From a bacterium (GTDB taxonomy: Bacteria; Hinthialibacterota; Hinthialibacteria; Hinthialibacterales; Hinthialibacteraceae): 64,000 nt of DNA. The notes under the pieces are model-generated. The model was not told the origin of the DNA. It worked only from the letters and a program-made list of their open reading frames with translations, and did no database searches. The position numbers and the translations under genes are program-made. The stretch lies in NCBI GenBank assembly GCA_963662285.2, contig CAXXMV010000002.1, forward strand, positions 1,440,001 to 1,504,000, written 5' to 3'. Of this stretch, positions 27,496 through 37,271 are shown piece by piece (the stretch's first letter is position 1; each line of letters opens with the position of its first letter).

Positions 27496-30009
27496 TTATT
27501 GCCTCTTAATTGTATCACGACTTTCAGTAAAAAAATTACGCTGTTCCTCCAGACCGGGAAGAATGCGTGAGAGTATCACATAGCCGGGATTACTACTCAA
27601 TAATTCCAGGCGGATGCGATATTCCCCAGGCGGCATATCAGCCCTGAATGGCAGGAAAAACAATTGTCCTTGATCAACAACTTGATCCTTGGTATTTAAC
27701 ACATAGGTCTGCGAGTCTTCCGTAGACGCCAAATCATATAGCCGATGAGTCATCGTCCAAGAAGGGAACGGTCCTGGATTCAACCTACGAAAACCACCTT
27801 CAATCGTTATCTTTATTAAGTTTCGCTTAGTCGTTCCATACTCAGAAAAATACCGGATGGAAAGAGTCTCTTCGTCAGGAATGATTTTAGGGAAAATATA
27901 TTCCAACGGTTGCGCTTCCAGTCGGGCAGCCAAACGCTTCTCAAATAATTTTCCACTGGCAGGACGGCTGTGGTTAATCAGAAATAAAGCAGCTCCATCT
28001 GAATTAATCCGGATTTTATGTTTTCCAACTGTTATGGGTGGAAGAATTACCTGCATACGTTTTGAGGTGAGAACTGATTGGTGAATAACGGCGCCATCTA
28101 TTTCAAGAATATAAGGTATAGATTTTGATTCTTGAGAAAATATCATCAAAGTAGGTGTTATCTGACGCTCCTTAATTGGCGAAATGAAGGTCCATGTTAC
28201 TTCTCGCCCATTAGGAATCTCTTGATAGATTGAAGGCAGCGATTCATCACGCCGGATGTCTTTTGCCTGAGTCGGCGCGAGTAATTCACGGCCGCGCCAG
28301 CGGTTAACTGGTTGAAAACTCTCCCACTCATACAATCCTTCCGCCAGATAATCCTTATCTTCCGGCGGTCGAGTTTGATAGGCGATAGGAATTACCAATT
28401 GTGATCGCATCATAACTTGCTGGTTACTCGGTGGTAGATAAAACCAACTGCGGCGGTGTATCTCTTTCTGGTTGAAACGAATGTAATCTTCCGGTACCAT
28501 GGTTTGTTGGACAAGATTTTGCGGTCGATTGTAGCATGACGCTAAAAAGGGATTCTGCTCTGCTGTAATCCGTAACTTTTTCATCTTGGAAGAAATGGAA
28601 AAATAGTAGGATACAGAGTCGCTGACCGACGGGAAAATTTCCACCTTCGGTATGCTGTCATATTGCGAGGCCTCTGACGCAATGGCTAACCGTTCATGCT
28701 TGATCACATTATCTTCTGCATCCAGAAACTGACATATAGCAAAGGCATTACGTGAATGATTCTCTTCGCCATTCAACGCATAGGGAATGCGGAAATCTAA
28801 CCGAATCGGCGTAATACCCTCTGACTCTGATAAAATTTCATATTCAGCGGTTGCATCTTGAATTAAGAATGTACGAACATAGTTTGTATCAGGAGTGATT
28901 TCAGATTCTTTATTATCTTCACCGGAAAAATACGCCCGCGCAACCATATTGCATGGTGAAATTATCTCCAATAATCCTCCCGGCCATTGAGATGAAACAG
29001 TGGTAGATGAAATAATGGAAGATAATCGCATCTCCTCTCTCTCATCAAAACTGCGGCCATATTTTTTTAATACAATTTCTGGAGAAGCGGAATTCACTAC
29101 AGCGCCTTCTTCTTTGATAAATTCCAAGCGTATCTGACCCTCCTGATCAGGCAGCGGAATCATTGCATGTTGACCTGGATGTATGAACAAACCAGTCGGG
29201 AGAATTTTATTCTCTTCGACAGGATCGCCGATTTCATCAAGTACATGCATATTGCGTAATTGAAAATCTACGCCTTGTACTCCGGCAGGCGCCAGTCTAT
29301 CAGTCAGGCTTTTTAAGATATTAAGTTGTTCATCTTCGGTAAGTAGATCATAAGAATATACATTCCCTTGCGACAACTGTTCTTTCGCGCTGCGGGACAG
29401 CCTTCGCCATTGGTATCTAAGACGTTTGCTTGAGAATGGTTTCTGGATGTTCATGCGTAGACAAACATCCACCAGCGGAGTAGGGAGTATTCCCTGGCGA
29501 ATTTGGATGCCGCTAATCTGTTGATCCGGGGGCGCCAGGTTAGTTAATTTGAGACGAAAGGCCTGACCATCTAATGGCTTGATTCTTTCGTCTATATAAA
29601 ACGCCTTCGCGTGAGTTTGGTTGGTCTCGGCGTCAAGGTACTCTGTATACTGAGATCGGCAGTAATATTCTCCGTTTCTAACTGTTTCTCCCTCCGGATT
29701 TATTAAGCGATACTCAATCGAATAATTCCAGACATCATCCGGCGCCGCATCATGTTTCAAAGGGAGATTGGCGTTTGTGATAAGAGTAACAGATTCCAGG
29801 CCTGGCGGAAAATTAAAAACCATCCAGTCGTCAGGTTTTAATACAAATACGCCTAAGGAACGTGAACCTTCTATCAGTTGGCTTTCATATTTACTTACAT
29901 AGGATCTAACCAACCGATCCCAATGATCGGTGTGAAAGAAATAAATTCCTCCGGATAGCAATAGAAAGTAAAATAATATGCGCACTTTCATGGATTCACT
30001 GAATTCCAA
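27496..30009 (-). CDS. Membrane-anchored periplasmic protein of beta-sandwich repeats, unknown function
   Basis: Single N-terminal TM (ILFYFLLLSGGIYFF); likely start ATG 29991 overlapping capC stop as ATGA; beta-rich repeats resembling those of the 1798-aa protein. Confidence 0.8.
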   Translation of the reverse strand: MEFSESMKVRILFYFLLLSGGIYFFHTDHWDRLVRSYVSKYESQLIEGSRSLGVFVLKPDDWMVFNFPPGLESVTLITNANLPLKHDAAPDDVWNYSIEYRLINPEGETVRNGEYYCRSQYTEYLDAETNQTHAKAFYIDERIKPLDGQAFRLKLTNLAPPDQQISGIQIRQGILPTPLVDVCLRMNIQKPFSSKRLRYQWRRLSRSAKEQLSQGNVYSYDLLTEDEQLNILKSLTDRLAPAGVQGVDFQLRNMHVLDEIGDPVEENKILPTGLFIHPGQHAMIPLPDQEGQIRLEFIKEEGAVVNSASPEIVLKKYGRSFDEREEMRLSSIISSTTVSSQWPGGLLEIISPCNMVARAYFSGEDNKESEITPDTNYVRTFLIQDATAEYEILSESEGITPIRLDFRIPYALNGEENHSRNAFAICQFLDAEDNVIKHERLAIASEASQYDSIPKVEIFPSVSDSVSYYFSISSKMKKLRITAEQNPFLASCYNRPQNLVQQTMVPEDYIRFNQKEIHRRSWFYLPPSNQQVMMRSQLVIPIAYQTRPPEDKDYLAEGLYEWESFQPVNRWRGRELLAPTQAKDIRRDESLPSIYQEIPNGREVTWTFISPIKERQITPTLMIFSQESKSIPYILEIDGAVIHQSVLTSKRMQVILPPITVGKHKIRINSDGAALFLINHSRPASGKLFEKRLAARLEAQPLEYIFPKIIPDEETLSIRYFSEYGTTKRNLIKITIEGGFRRLNPGPFPSWTMTHRLYDLASTEDSQTYVLNTKDQVVDQGQLFFLPFRADMPPGEYRIRLELLSSNPGYVILSRILPGLEEQRNFFTESRDTIKRQ

Positions 30010-33000
30010 TCAAGCCAGGCGAATCGCGAGGCGATATATTTTTCTAGATTCTCTTCATTCATGACTTCAACTTGATAAATATTTTCAATCTTATCGTTGC
30101 GTGGATTCAAATTGACAACCAATGGTCTTTGTTCTGCGCCTGAACTCATGATTAAAAATGTTTGCATGGAATTGATATCAAATAAACGCGTAAACTGAAC
30201 CTCAGGATGCGTTTTCATCAGGTTTTGCAATGCGATAATATTACCTGTGCGCAAGTAATGGTTCACATCCTGAAATAACTCAACAGGAATTTGATCGGCT
30301 CCCGGATATTGACGGGCAGCGTCTAGCAGGTCATAAAGCACCGCTCGCTCAGTGGAAATATTAAGTGATGCGAAGTGACTTTCCTGCAATATGCTCTCGG
30401 TTTTGAGCCTGTAAGTTTTTCGAATTAATGGCGACAACCACAATCCAACAAACTCTTTATTCTCGGTCTGACGTAAATAATAGGCCTGCGATAAGTTGCT
30501 GGCCTCATACCCGGCAGTCTCCAGACTTCCATCCACCAGTTGGTATTTGAATTGATCTTCCTCCAGATAATCCAGAAACATCTTTCCCAAATATGAAAAC
30601 GACGATTGATCAATTGTACCATCGGCGAAAGAAACAATAGCTTCCGAGTCTGTAGTGGGAGCGTCCTGCCGTATACCGAATGCCCGGCAACTGATCACCA
30701 GCATCGGTTTTGATTTCATCTCTCGCAGTAATACCTGATTAACCAGATTGAGAAAATTGTTCTTGTTCTTCAGGCTGATGATATTTGCCGCCCCATCCAG
30801 GTTGCAATCTCGATGAGCGCCTGAAATCAATATAGCTCGAGCCTGGATGCGCTCGAACAACTCCACGCCATATTCAAAACTGTTCTGTTCATACAAGGGG
30901 CGGGTAACATGTACCAGAAATGGATTGCTTTTCTCTAGGCGGAACACAAACGTACCACGATAAGTGCGGGATTCGACTGCTTCTCTTTCTGTCAGAATCA
31001 AATAGTTTTGATTGGTTAATTTATGCCGATACCAGATAAAACGGTAACCAATAATCGAAGCAGCATTGGATATAGTATGAAATTCGGATAAACCGTCCGA
31101 TGTGAATGCTCCATCAACAAATTCGCTATCGATTATTTTGATAAGTGGAGTTACCACTTCCTGATCAAAATAAAGCATCTCATCTTCGGTTGGAGGTTTA
31201 TATAAATCAGAACCTTTATCAGCAATCTCTCCCTTTGTGTTCATTAACCAATCATACAGGTAGCCATCAATTCGAGTTACAAAGGTCTCCGGTTTAATTT
31301 CAGTCTTCTCATCCATCGCTTGAGCTAGCAGCGAACGCCGGTCTTTACGGTTTAGCCATAATTCCGCAAATCCCGACCATGTTAATTCACGCTGAATATT
31401 CTTAAACGGTCCATCTTTCCATTCAACGCGATATTCGCCAATCAACGATTTTAATATAGAGGGATTCAATCCCGCAGGAATTTGCGAGCGTATCCAAAGC
31501 GTACTATCAACATTGGTTGGATTGATAGCCTCTGTGATTCCGGTTAGAACGCGGATACTTTTTTCCGTATAACCCCGAATCTGCAACACATTACGCCGTG
31601 ACGCAATTTCGTGAAAAATATGGAAAAAACTACCTGGTTGAATCAATACATCTGACGAACCGTTTCGATTGATATTCCGCTTGGCGCCAGACGCCGCATA
31701 GGCCTTTCCATTAAGTGATTTCAATAGTATCAAACCAGACTCAAGCGTACGCCATTCCTCTATGGGTGAAGGAATTTCAACCAGCAACCCACTGTCTCTA
31801 GTATAATCAACCGCGTATATCCCCCATCCGTTCTCTGGCTGCTTTTCATGAAGATATAAATACTGATCCTCTACTCGCTCTACAATATAATTAGCCCGGT
31901 TTAAAAACAAACGCGCATTCAATAAATCTGCTTCATCATGCGTATGCGTGTATTTCATCAATAAGACAATGCCTTCTCTGAATTGGCTCTGTTCGTAGGG
32001 CAGGGGAGTTTGAAAAGAATCTGGATGCTGCCTGGCATACATCCGGATTTTTCCCTCCAAGATGATATCCCGCAACGTCCCAGTCTTAACTTGCACGGGA
32101 GGTAAAGACGCGTGTTCTTCTAAAACAACATAATTCGGTTTCCATAAACTCGGCGCAATTGTTAATCCGAAACCAATGATATTTCCCGCTACAGCAGCTA
32201 TAATTGCAGTTGCCAGCGTAGTCGCTGTATAGCGCACAACAATTTTCTTTTCATGCATTTTCATGCTCATCAGGGTAGGTAATAAATATCCAAAACCAAA
32301 ATAATCACTGACCTGATATTCAGGGAAATACCGCAAAATAACATACCCTAATCCCATTTTGTAGAAAAATGATACATTAAAAAAAAGCGCCAGTTTCCGG
32401 GCGCCCTCTATGGAACTCTCTCTAAGAAATGGCGTCTTCAGAACCAGACTGGCCAGCAGATATATTATCCATGCTTCAACAAATGAGGTGAAGATTTTAC
32501 TCAAATCATATAATTGCAAAGCCAATAGAGACGGTAATAAAATACCGTTAAAATCCCAACCGTAAAACATATTGAATCTGGAAGCCAGATAGGCCGCTGT
32601 CAACAATATGATGTATGCCTTGGGCGAAGCTACCAGTGATTCAGAAATTCCTTCATACATAAATTGAAGATTGGCGATGCTGAAATTGGTATAAACCATC
32701 AGTACATAGCGTACTAATAAGAATGAAATGCCCAGAATCACTCCAAATTGCAACAATCCCCGTTTTAGACCCGGCTTCCAGAATTGATTCGCCAGTAGAG
32801 TTACCACGATTAAACCAAAACTGTGCAGATTGTTGCGGTAATCAAAATCTATGCTGAACGAATCGGACATTAAGGCGCCGACCGTCGGAAATATGACTGC
32901 ATCGAATAACAACCGGGCTATAACGCCTGATAACAATAATCCAAAAAAACGGTCTCTACCGAAAAAATTCCCCCACAATCCCCACTTTGAGAGTACTTCG

Positions 33001-33233
33001 GACAAAAAATAAAATTGGATATAGGCATAGATCGCCACGATGATGATTGCCAAAGCGCTCCAGGGTTTAGCAATCAGAAGAGGAACAAGATATCCTGGAA
33101 CTACCAATCCGGAAAACGCCCACCCGAAACGAAGATTGAAAAATGAACAAACCAATACGCCAATCCATACCGTAGTAACGACGGAACTGTCTAAACTGCC
33201 CGCTGGAAATATGTTGAGAATGAATGACTCCAT
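29988..33233 (-). CDS. capC: Tandem CapC/PgsC-like membrane domains fused to a ~700-aa soluble region with two degenerate PghP-like repeats
   Basis: GLVVPGYL, FGRDRF, FGLIVVTLLANQF match Bacillus CapC; second copy GILLPSLLAL, EGARKL, FGYLLPTLMS; C-terminal repeats LLVEIPSP..VLQIRGY..ELWL and FLVHVTRP..SCRAFG..GLWLS. Confidence 0.8.
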   Translation of the reverse strand: MESFILNIFPAGSLDSSVVTTVWIGVLVCSFFNLRFGWAFSGLVVPGYLVPLLIAKPWSALAIIIVAIYAYIQFYFLSEVLSKWGLWGNFFGRDRFFGLLLSGVIARLLFDAVIFPTVGALMSDSFSIDFDYRNNLHSFGLIVVTLLANQFWKPGLKRGLLQFGVILGISFLLVRYVLMVYTNFSIANLQFMYEGISESLVASPKAYIILLTAAYLASRFNMFYGWDFNGILLPSLLALQLYDLSKIFTSFVEAWIIYLLASLVLKTPFLRESSIEGARKLALFFNVSFFYKMGLGYVILRYFPEYQVSDYFGFGYLLPTLMSMKMHEKKIVVRYTATTLATAIIAAVAGNIIGFGLTIAPSLWKPNYVVLEEHASLPPVQVKTGTLRDIILEGKIRMYARQHPDSFQTPLPYEQSQFREGIVLLMKYTHTHDEADLLNARLFLNRANYIVERVEDQYLYLHEKQPENGWGIYAVDYTRDSGLLVEIPSPIEEWRTLESGLILLKSLNGKAYAASGAKRNINRNGSSDVLIQPGSFFHIFHEIASRRNVLQIRGYTEKSIRVLTGITEAINPTNVDSTLWIRSQIPAGLNPSILKSLIGEYRVEWKDGPFKNIQRELTWSGFAELWLNRKDRRSLLAQAMDEKTEIKPETFVTRIDGYLYDWLMNTKGEIADKGSDLYKPPTEDEMLYFDQEVVTPLIKIIDSEFVDGAFTSDGLSEFHTISNAASIIGYRFIWYRHKLTNQNYLILTEREAVESRTYRGTFVFRLEKSNPFLVHVTRPLYEQNSFEYGVELFERIQARAILISGAHRDCNLDGAANIISLKNKNNFLNLVNQVLLREMKSKPMLVISCRAFGIRQDAPTTDSEAIVSFADGTIDQSSFSYLGKMFLDYLEEDQFKYQLVDGSLETAGYEASNLSQAYYLRQTENKEFVGLWLSPLIRKTYRLKTESILQESHFASLNISTERAVLYDLLDAARQYPGADQIPVELFQDVNHYLRTGNIIALQNLMKTHPEVQFTRLFDINSMQTFLIMSSGAEQRPLVVNLNPRNDKIENIYQVEVMNEENLEKYIASRFAWLDWNSVNP

Positions 33234-33340
33234 CGCGCTATATTGTAGAATCCTTTTCCATGGTCAATATAAAGATAAATTCTACCTTGCCATGTGTATT
33301 CAATTCAAAAAATCATACTGTTATCATTTATTGAATATTT

Positions 33341-36106
33341 TTATATGAAGCTTTCCAACGATACCTTGACGCGCGTCCCTACGCCCACGTCGCTGCTCAC
33401 CGCCATTCGGCCTCCCCAAAATTCCACCCAACTTAACGCTTCACGCATATTTTTGTTTTTTTCCGAATGAGAGGCGCTATCCTCTTTCATGTACTCTTGA
33501 ATCTGTTCATTGGGAATCCCGTAACCGGAATTTGAAAAGAGAAAATGTATTTCACGATCATCTTCATCAACCTGTATAATTATCTCGCTATCATCCGATG
33601 CATCATCAAGCAACATTTCCAGAATGATCTCGAAAAAAGGCTGCAAGTGTCTCTGTGAGGCGTATACAAAATTCATAACCATCGGCTTTTCCACGTTAAA
33701 ACGAATCTTCCGCTGATCGATTTTTGCCTGGAAATCCGCCAGGGCGGCATCCAACACCGGCAAAGCGTTAACTGGAAATCGGTTGATCTCCCCATAATCC
33801 AATTCCGTTTCCAGATATTTTTCACTGGTTTGCAGCAATCGAACAACATCATCTATTCGAGTCTGGATGTTTAACATCATTTTTGCTCTGTCTACTGGAG
33901 TGCTGTCACTATCACACATCATCTGAGCCGTAATTTGGATGGCGCTCAAAGAGTTGCGTAATTTGTTGCCCAACTCCATAGAAAGCAAACCTTTCAACTG
34001 GAAATAGTTATCTTGATCAGTCGTGTCTATCAACTCCATTAATATTCCCCAAAGACCGAATATGGCTACATCCGGTGATAAAACATTGGAGTCGCTCTCT
34101 AAAGGACGAAGTATCAAACGGTAGTTGCGCTTGTTGGGCGCATTGATAGTAAATGATATCTGCTGCCGGTCCAACACAACATTACGAAACATTTTACGTG
34201 TTTGCAGTAAATCAAACTGGCTGATTTCAGCGATAATATCCAAGGCGGATAACTTAAAGGAAGTTATCTTGGCGCTGGTCAGAATTTCCTGCATCGAATT
34301 ATTGACCATATACACCCGGCCAAAAAGATCAAATATTACAAATGCTCCCTGTAACTGATTATGCAGTTTATAAAGTTTCACTGACCGGTCATGCAGGAAG
34401 GAAGTTAACTGCCTGACCCCCTCAAGCGTAGTCTGAAAATGCTCATAAGTTATTAAGCGTGATAATAAGGAAGGTCGTGCATTTAAATCTTTCACAATAT
34501 TATAATCATACAATAAACGCCCTATCTGCTCTCCATAAGCCGCCAGGATATTCTCGAAATCCTTTATATCTCCGGTTTTATCTTTTGCTACGCTCAATGC
34601 CCCGAACCCATAAACCTCTCCTCCGAAAATCAAGGGAAATATGTATTGCAATTCATCAGGCTTTGGATTCCTCAGGTAGTTCTCTAACCTTATGGGGCCT
34701 TTTTCTTGAATGGCCGTGTTGTAGGGTTCGCGGCGAATATCTCTTCTGAGTTCTTTAATATCTTCCAGTCCACATTGAAAGGATATGATCTCCTTTAAAT
34801 GAAAAGCATTCTTCCGGCGATCCAGAAGAATTACCCGGTCCAGATTCAGCATATTATTGATAATCCCCAGAATTTGAGACCAGTATTCTGGAGATGTATA
34901 AAAATTCTCAGGTTCAAAAAACTGCTGGGTTCGGGCGGAAAGCGAAACAGTTATAGTTTCCAGCGCTTGCCCGATGATCTGTAACTTCCGGTTTTTAATC
35001 ATTATCAAGAGCAGCAACTGGGCTAGGATGAATTCATTCACCGCACACCAGTAATGAAATATATGAAGCAGCGCAAACCCCATCAATGTATACGCAGCCA
35101 TCATGCAAACCGTAAACAGAATTATCAAATTGGCGCCCGACATTTGATAGACAAAGGAACAAATACATATCACAATAATCAAAACAATATAGTGTATCCA
35201 AGGATTGATTTCAAATATCGGATGGTTGCTCAGCAGACTGTTCAACGCATGACCTTGATATTCCACCAGCGGCATTTTGGGGCTGTTTACAGTGGTTGGC
35301 GTTGGATACTCAAATTCCACTCCTTCACTTTGGGCGCTGATCAATACTATCCGGTTCGCAACCATCTCATTAATTAATTGATCGCTGATTACCTGGTCAA
35401 ACGAAACATTTGGCAGGCTGCCAGACGGCCCGTGGAAATAGATGCGATAAGAATCTTCTTTCATTACCCGGCTTGTCATCGGCAGGTTAGAATCAAGACA
35501 AGCAATCTCTAAAGCGGGATATATATTCCCATCCACTGAAAAATGAGAATATTGCCTCCGGAAAACGCCTTTCTCCCACGGTGGAATGTGGACAATGCCG
35601 AATGGAAAATTGTTGGCAGAATCAGGAACCGTCTCCAGACTGAATCTCTGCTGATCATTCACATCAGCAATCAGGCGTCGACCAAATATAATATTGTCGA
35701 ATGTCCCCGCTTTGCTGAAAAACAGATCATCCTTAAATTGGGGAGTAAAATTGAAAACAATGCCTTCCGGTTCAAATATCTCTAACTTTTCCAGCAATAG
35801 AACATAATCATCTGCTGCCCGTTTTCCGGGATTATCATCATAAACTATTAACACATGGGATGGTTGGTCGCGTAATGAGACGCTGAAACCCAGAATCGGA
35901 TCGTAGATATATTCATCCAACAACGAAGATATCCCGATAAACGATAGAATCAAAACGCTTAAAACAGCAATTAGCCCCAGAATCAAGCCTGAGTATTTCC
36001 ACTTCGGTAATTTCGAAAAGATGGTTTGGGTGTCCATTGAGATAAAGACTCGCCTCTGAGCATTATTTTGTGGAAAATTCCTTATAATACATCTTATCAA
36101 GTACAC
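33341..36106 (-). CDS. CHASE2 membrane sensor with GAF/PAS-like domains and degenerate kinase core (probable pseudo-kinase)
   Basis: TM, CHASE2 (GVFRRQY, NRIVLISA, MPLVEYQGHALNSLL), 3 TM; H-box reads GNKLRNSL, N-box EMLLDDA, G1 NSGYGIP; true start may be MDTQT (~36037). Confidence 0.8.
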   Translation of the reverse strand: MYLIRCIIRNFPQNNAQRRVFISMDTQTIFSKLPKWKYSGLILGLIAVLSVLILSFIGISSLLDEYIYDPILGFSVSLRDQPSHVLIVYDDNPGKRAADDYVLLLEKLEIFEPEGIVFNFTPQFKDDLFFSKAGTFDNIIFGRRLIADVNDQQRFSLETVPDSANNFPFGIVHIPPWEKGVFRRQYSHFSVDGNIYPALEIACLDSNLPMTSRVMKEDSYRIYFHGPSGSLPNVSFDQVISDQLINEMVANRIVLISAQSEGVEFEYPTPTTVNSPKMPLVEYQGHALNSLLSNHPIFEINPWIHYIVLIIVICICSFVYQMSGANLIILFTVCMMAAYTLMGFALLHIFHYWCAVNEFILAQLLLLIMIKNRKLQIIGQALETITVSLSARTQQFFEPENFYTSPEYWSQILGIINNMLNLDRVILLDRRKNAFHLKEIISFQCGLEDIKELRRDIRREPYNTAIQEKGPIRLENYLRNPKPDELQYIFPLIFGGEVYGFGALSVAKDKTGDIKDFENILAAYGEQIGRLLYDYNIVKDLNARPSLLSRLITYEHFQTTLEGVRQLTSFLHDRSVKLYKLHNQLQGAFVIFDLFGRVYMVNNSMQEILTSAKITSFKLSALDIIAEISQFDLLQTRKMFRNVVLDRQQISFTINAPNKRNYRLILRPLESDSNVLSPDVAIFGLWGILMELIDTTDQDNYFQLKGLLSMELGNKLRNSLSAIQITAQMMCDSDSTPVDRAKMMLNIQTRIDDVVRLLQTSEKYLETELDYGEINRFPVNALPVLDAALADFQAKIDQRKIRFNVEKPMVMNFVYASQRHLQPFFEIILEMLLDDASDDSEIIIQVDEDDREIHFLFSNSGYGIPNEQIQEYMKEDSASHSEKNKNMREALSWVEFWGGRMAVSSDVGVGTRVKVSLESFI

Positions 36107-36330
36107 ACTGAAACAACTAGAGCGTTTTTCAAAATCATGTTTGTTTATAAACGTGAGTCAGAACGTTATTATGAAAAACACTCTAAAGAATCAATCATTC
36201 AAAGCATGCACGGTCGACAAGAAGTCCTTGACATAATGGATGCTGCAACGAGAATCTTTGTTAAGAAAAAAGAATGCAGGCATAATTATCCTATTTAATG
36301 GATAACGCCGATTTATAGGAGATACCAAAT

Positions 36331-37023
36331 ATGAAACAAATGCTTAGTCTTATGATTGCTATCTGCATGTTGGCATTGGGAGGCGTCACCGGGAATTCAG
36401 AAACAATAGCGGCGGTGGACAGTGAATCCGGATCGGCCGTGTCAAAGGATGTTAAAGCCATTACCCTGTTTAACGGGAAGGACCTCCAAGGCTGGCACAT
36501 GTTTGTCAAGGATGCAGATGTCGATCCCAAGGATGTTTGGCAGGTTAAGGACGGCGCAATTTGGTGTAAAGGAGATCCCTTCGGCTTTTTACGCACAACG
36601 AAAATGTACAGTAATTTCAAACTGGTCGTTGAATGGAAATGGCCTGAGACGCCCAGCAATAGCGGCATCCTTTTGAGAATGAGTAACGACGATAAAATCT
36701 GGCCTCTATGCATGGAAGCGCAACTCAAGTACCAAAATGCCGGCGATGTTGTGGGAATGGGGTGCGACTTCAATGAAAACACAAGCGCCAAGGGCGAGTT
36801 TTTCCGCTACGCCAAGCGCCAAAATGACTCCAACGAGACCAAACCCGGCCAATGGAACAAGTACGAGATCGTCTGCAAAGGCGATACTATTGAACTAACC
36901 GTTAATGGCAAATTCCAAAACAAGGCGACTGGAATAGGCATTCTCAAGGGTTACGTCGGTCTTCAGAGTGAAGGCTCCCCCATCATGTTTAGAAACATCA
37001 AACTGACGCCTCTTCCCGAATAA
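36331..37023 (+). CDS. DUF1080 (3-keto-disaccharide hydrolase-like) secreted protein
   Basis: LFNGKDLQGW, NSGILL, GQWNKYEI, GYVGLQSEG, FRNIKL; signal peptide; GGAG RBS. Confidence 0.9.
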   Translation: MKQMLSLMIAICMLALGGVTGNSETIAAVDSESGSAVSKDVKAITLFNGKDLQGWHMFVKDADVDPKDVWQVKDGAIWCKGDPFGFLRTTKMYSNFKLVVEWKWPETPSNSGILLRMSNDDKIWPLCMEAQLKYQNAGDVVGMGCDFNENTSAKGEFFRYAKRQNDSNETKPGQWNKYEIVCKGDTIELTVNGKFQNKATGIGILKGYVGLQSEGSPIMFRNIKLTPLPE

Positions 37024-37061
37024 TTTGACTGGTATAATGATATTTTACACCATGAGGTTCA

Positions 37062-37100
37062 GGCGGTTATTGGAACGAATCCAATAACCGCCGCCTTTGA
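37062..37100 (+). terminator. Probable intrinsic terminator after DUF1080 gene
   Basis: 13-bp stem GGCGGTTATTGGA/TCCAATAACCGCC followed by a weak T tract. Confidence 0.55.
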
Positions 37101-37168
37101 TTCTACTTGGCTTATAAAATTCCTACCATTGCATTCCCGCACAGCCGTTTCGACAGTTCCCATTCCAT

Positions 37169-37248
37169 TACTCTGACTAACTAATACTCTGACTAACTAA
37201 TACTCTGACTAACTAATACTCTGACTAACTAATACTCTGACTAACTAA
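37169..37248. repeat. Perfect 16-bp tandem repeat x5 (TACTCTGACTAACTAA)
   Basis: Five exact units read directly. Confidence 0.97.
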
Positions 37249-37271
37249 TTATGTCGGGCGGCCTCGTCCCC

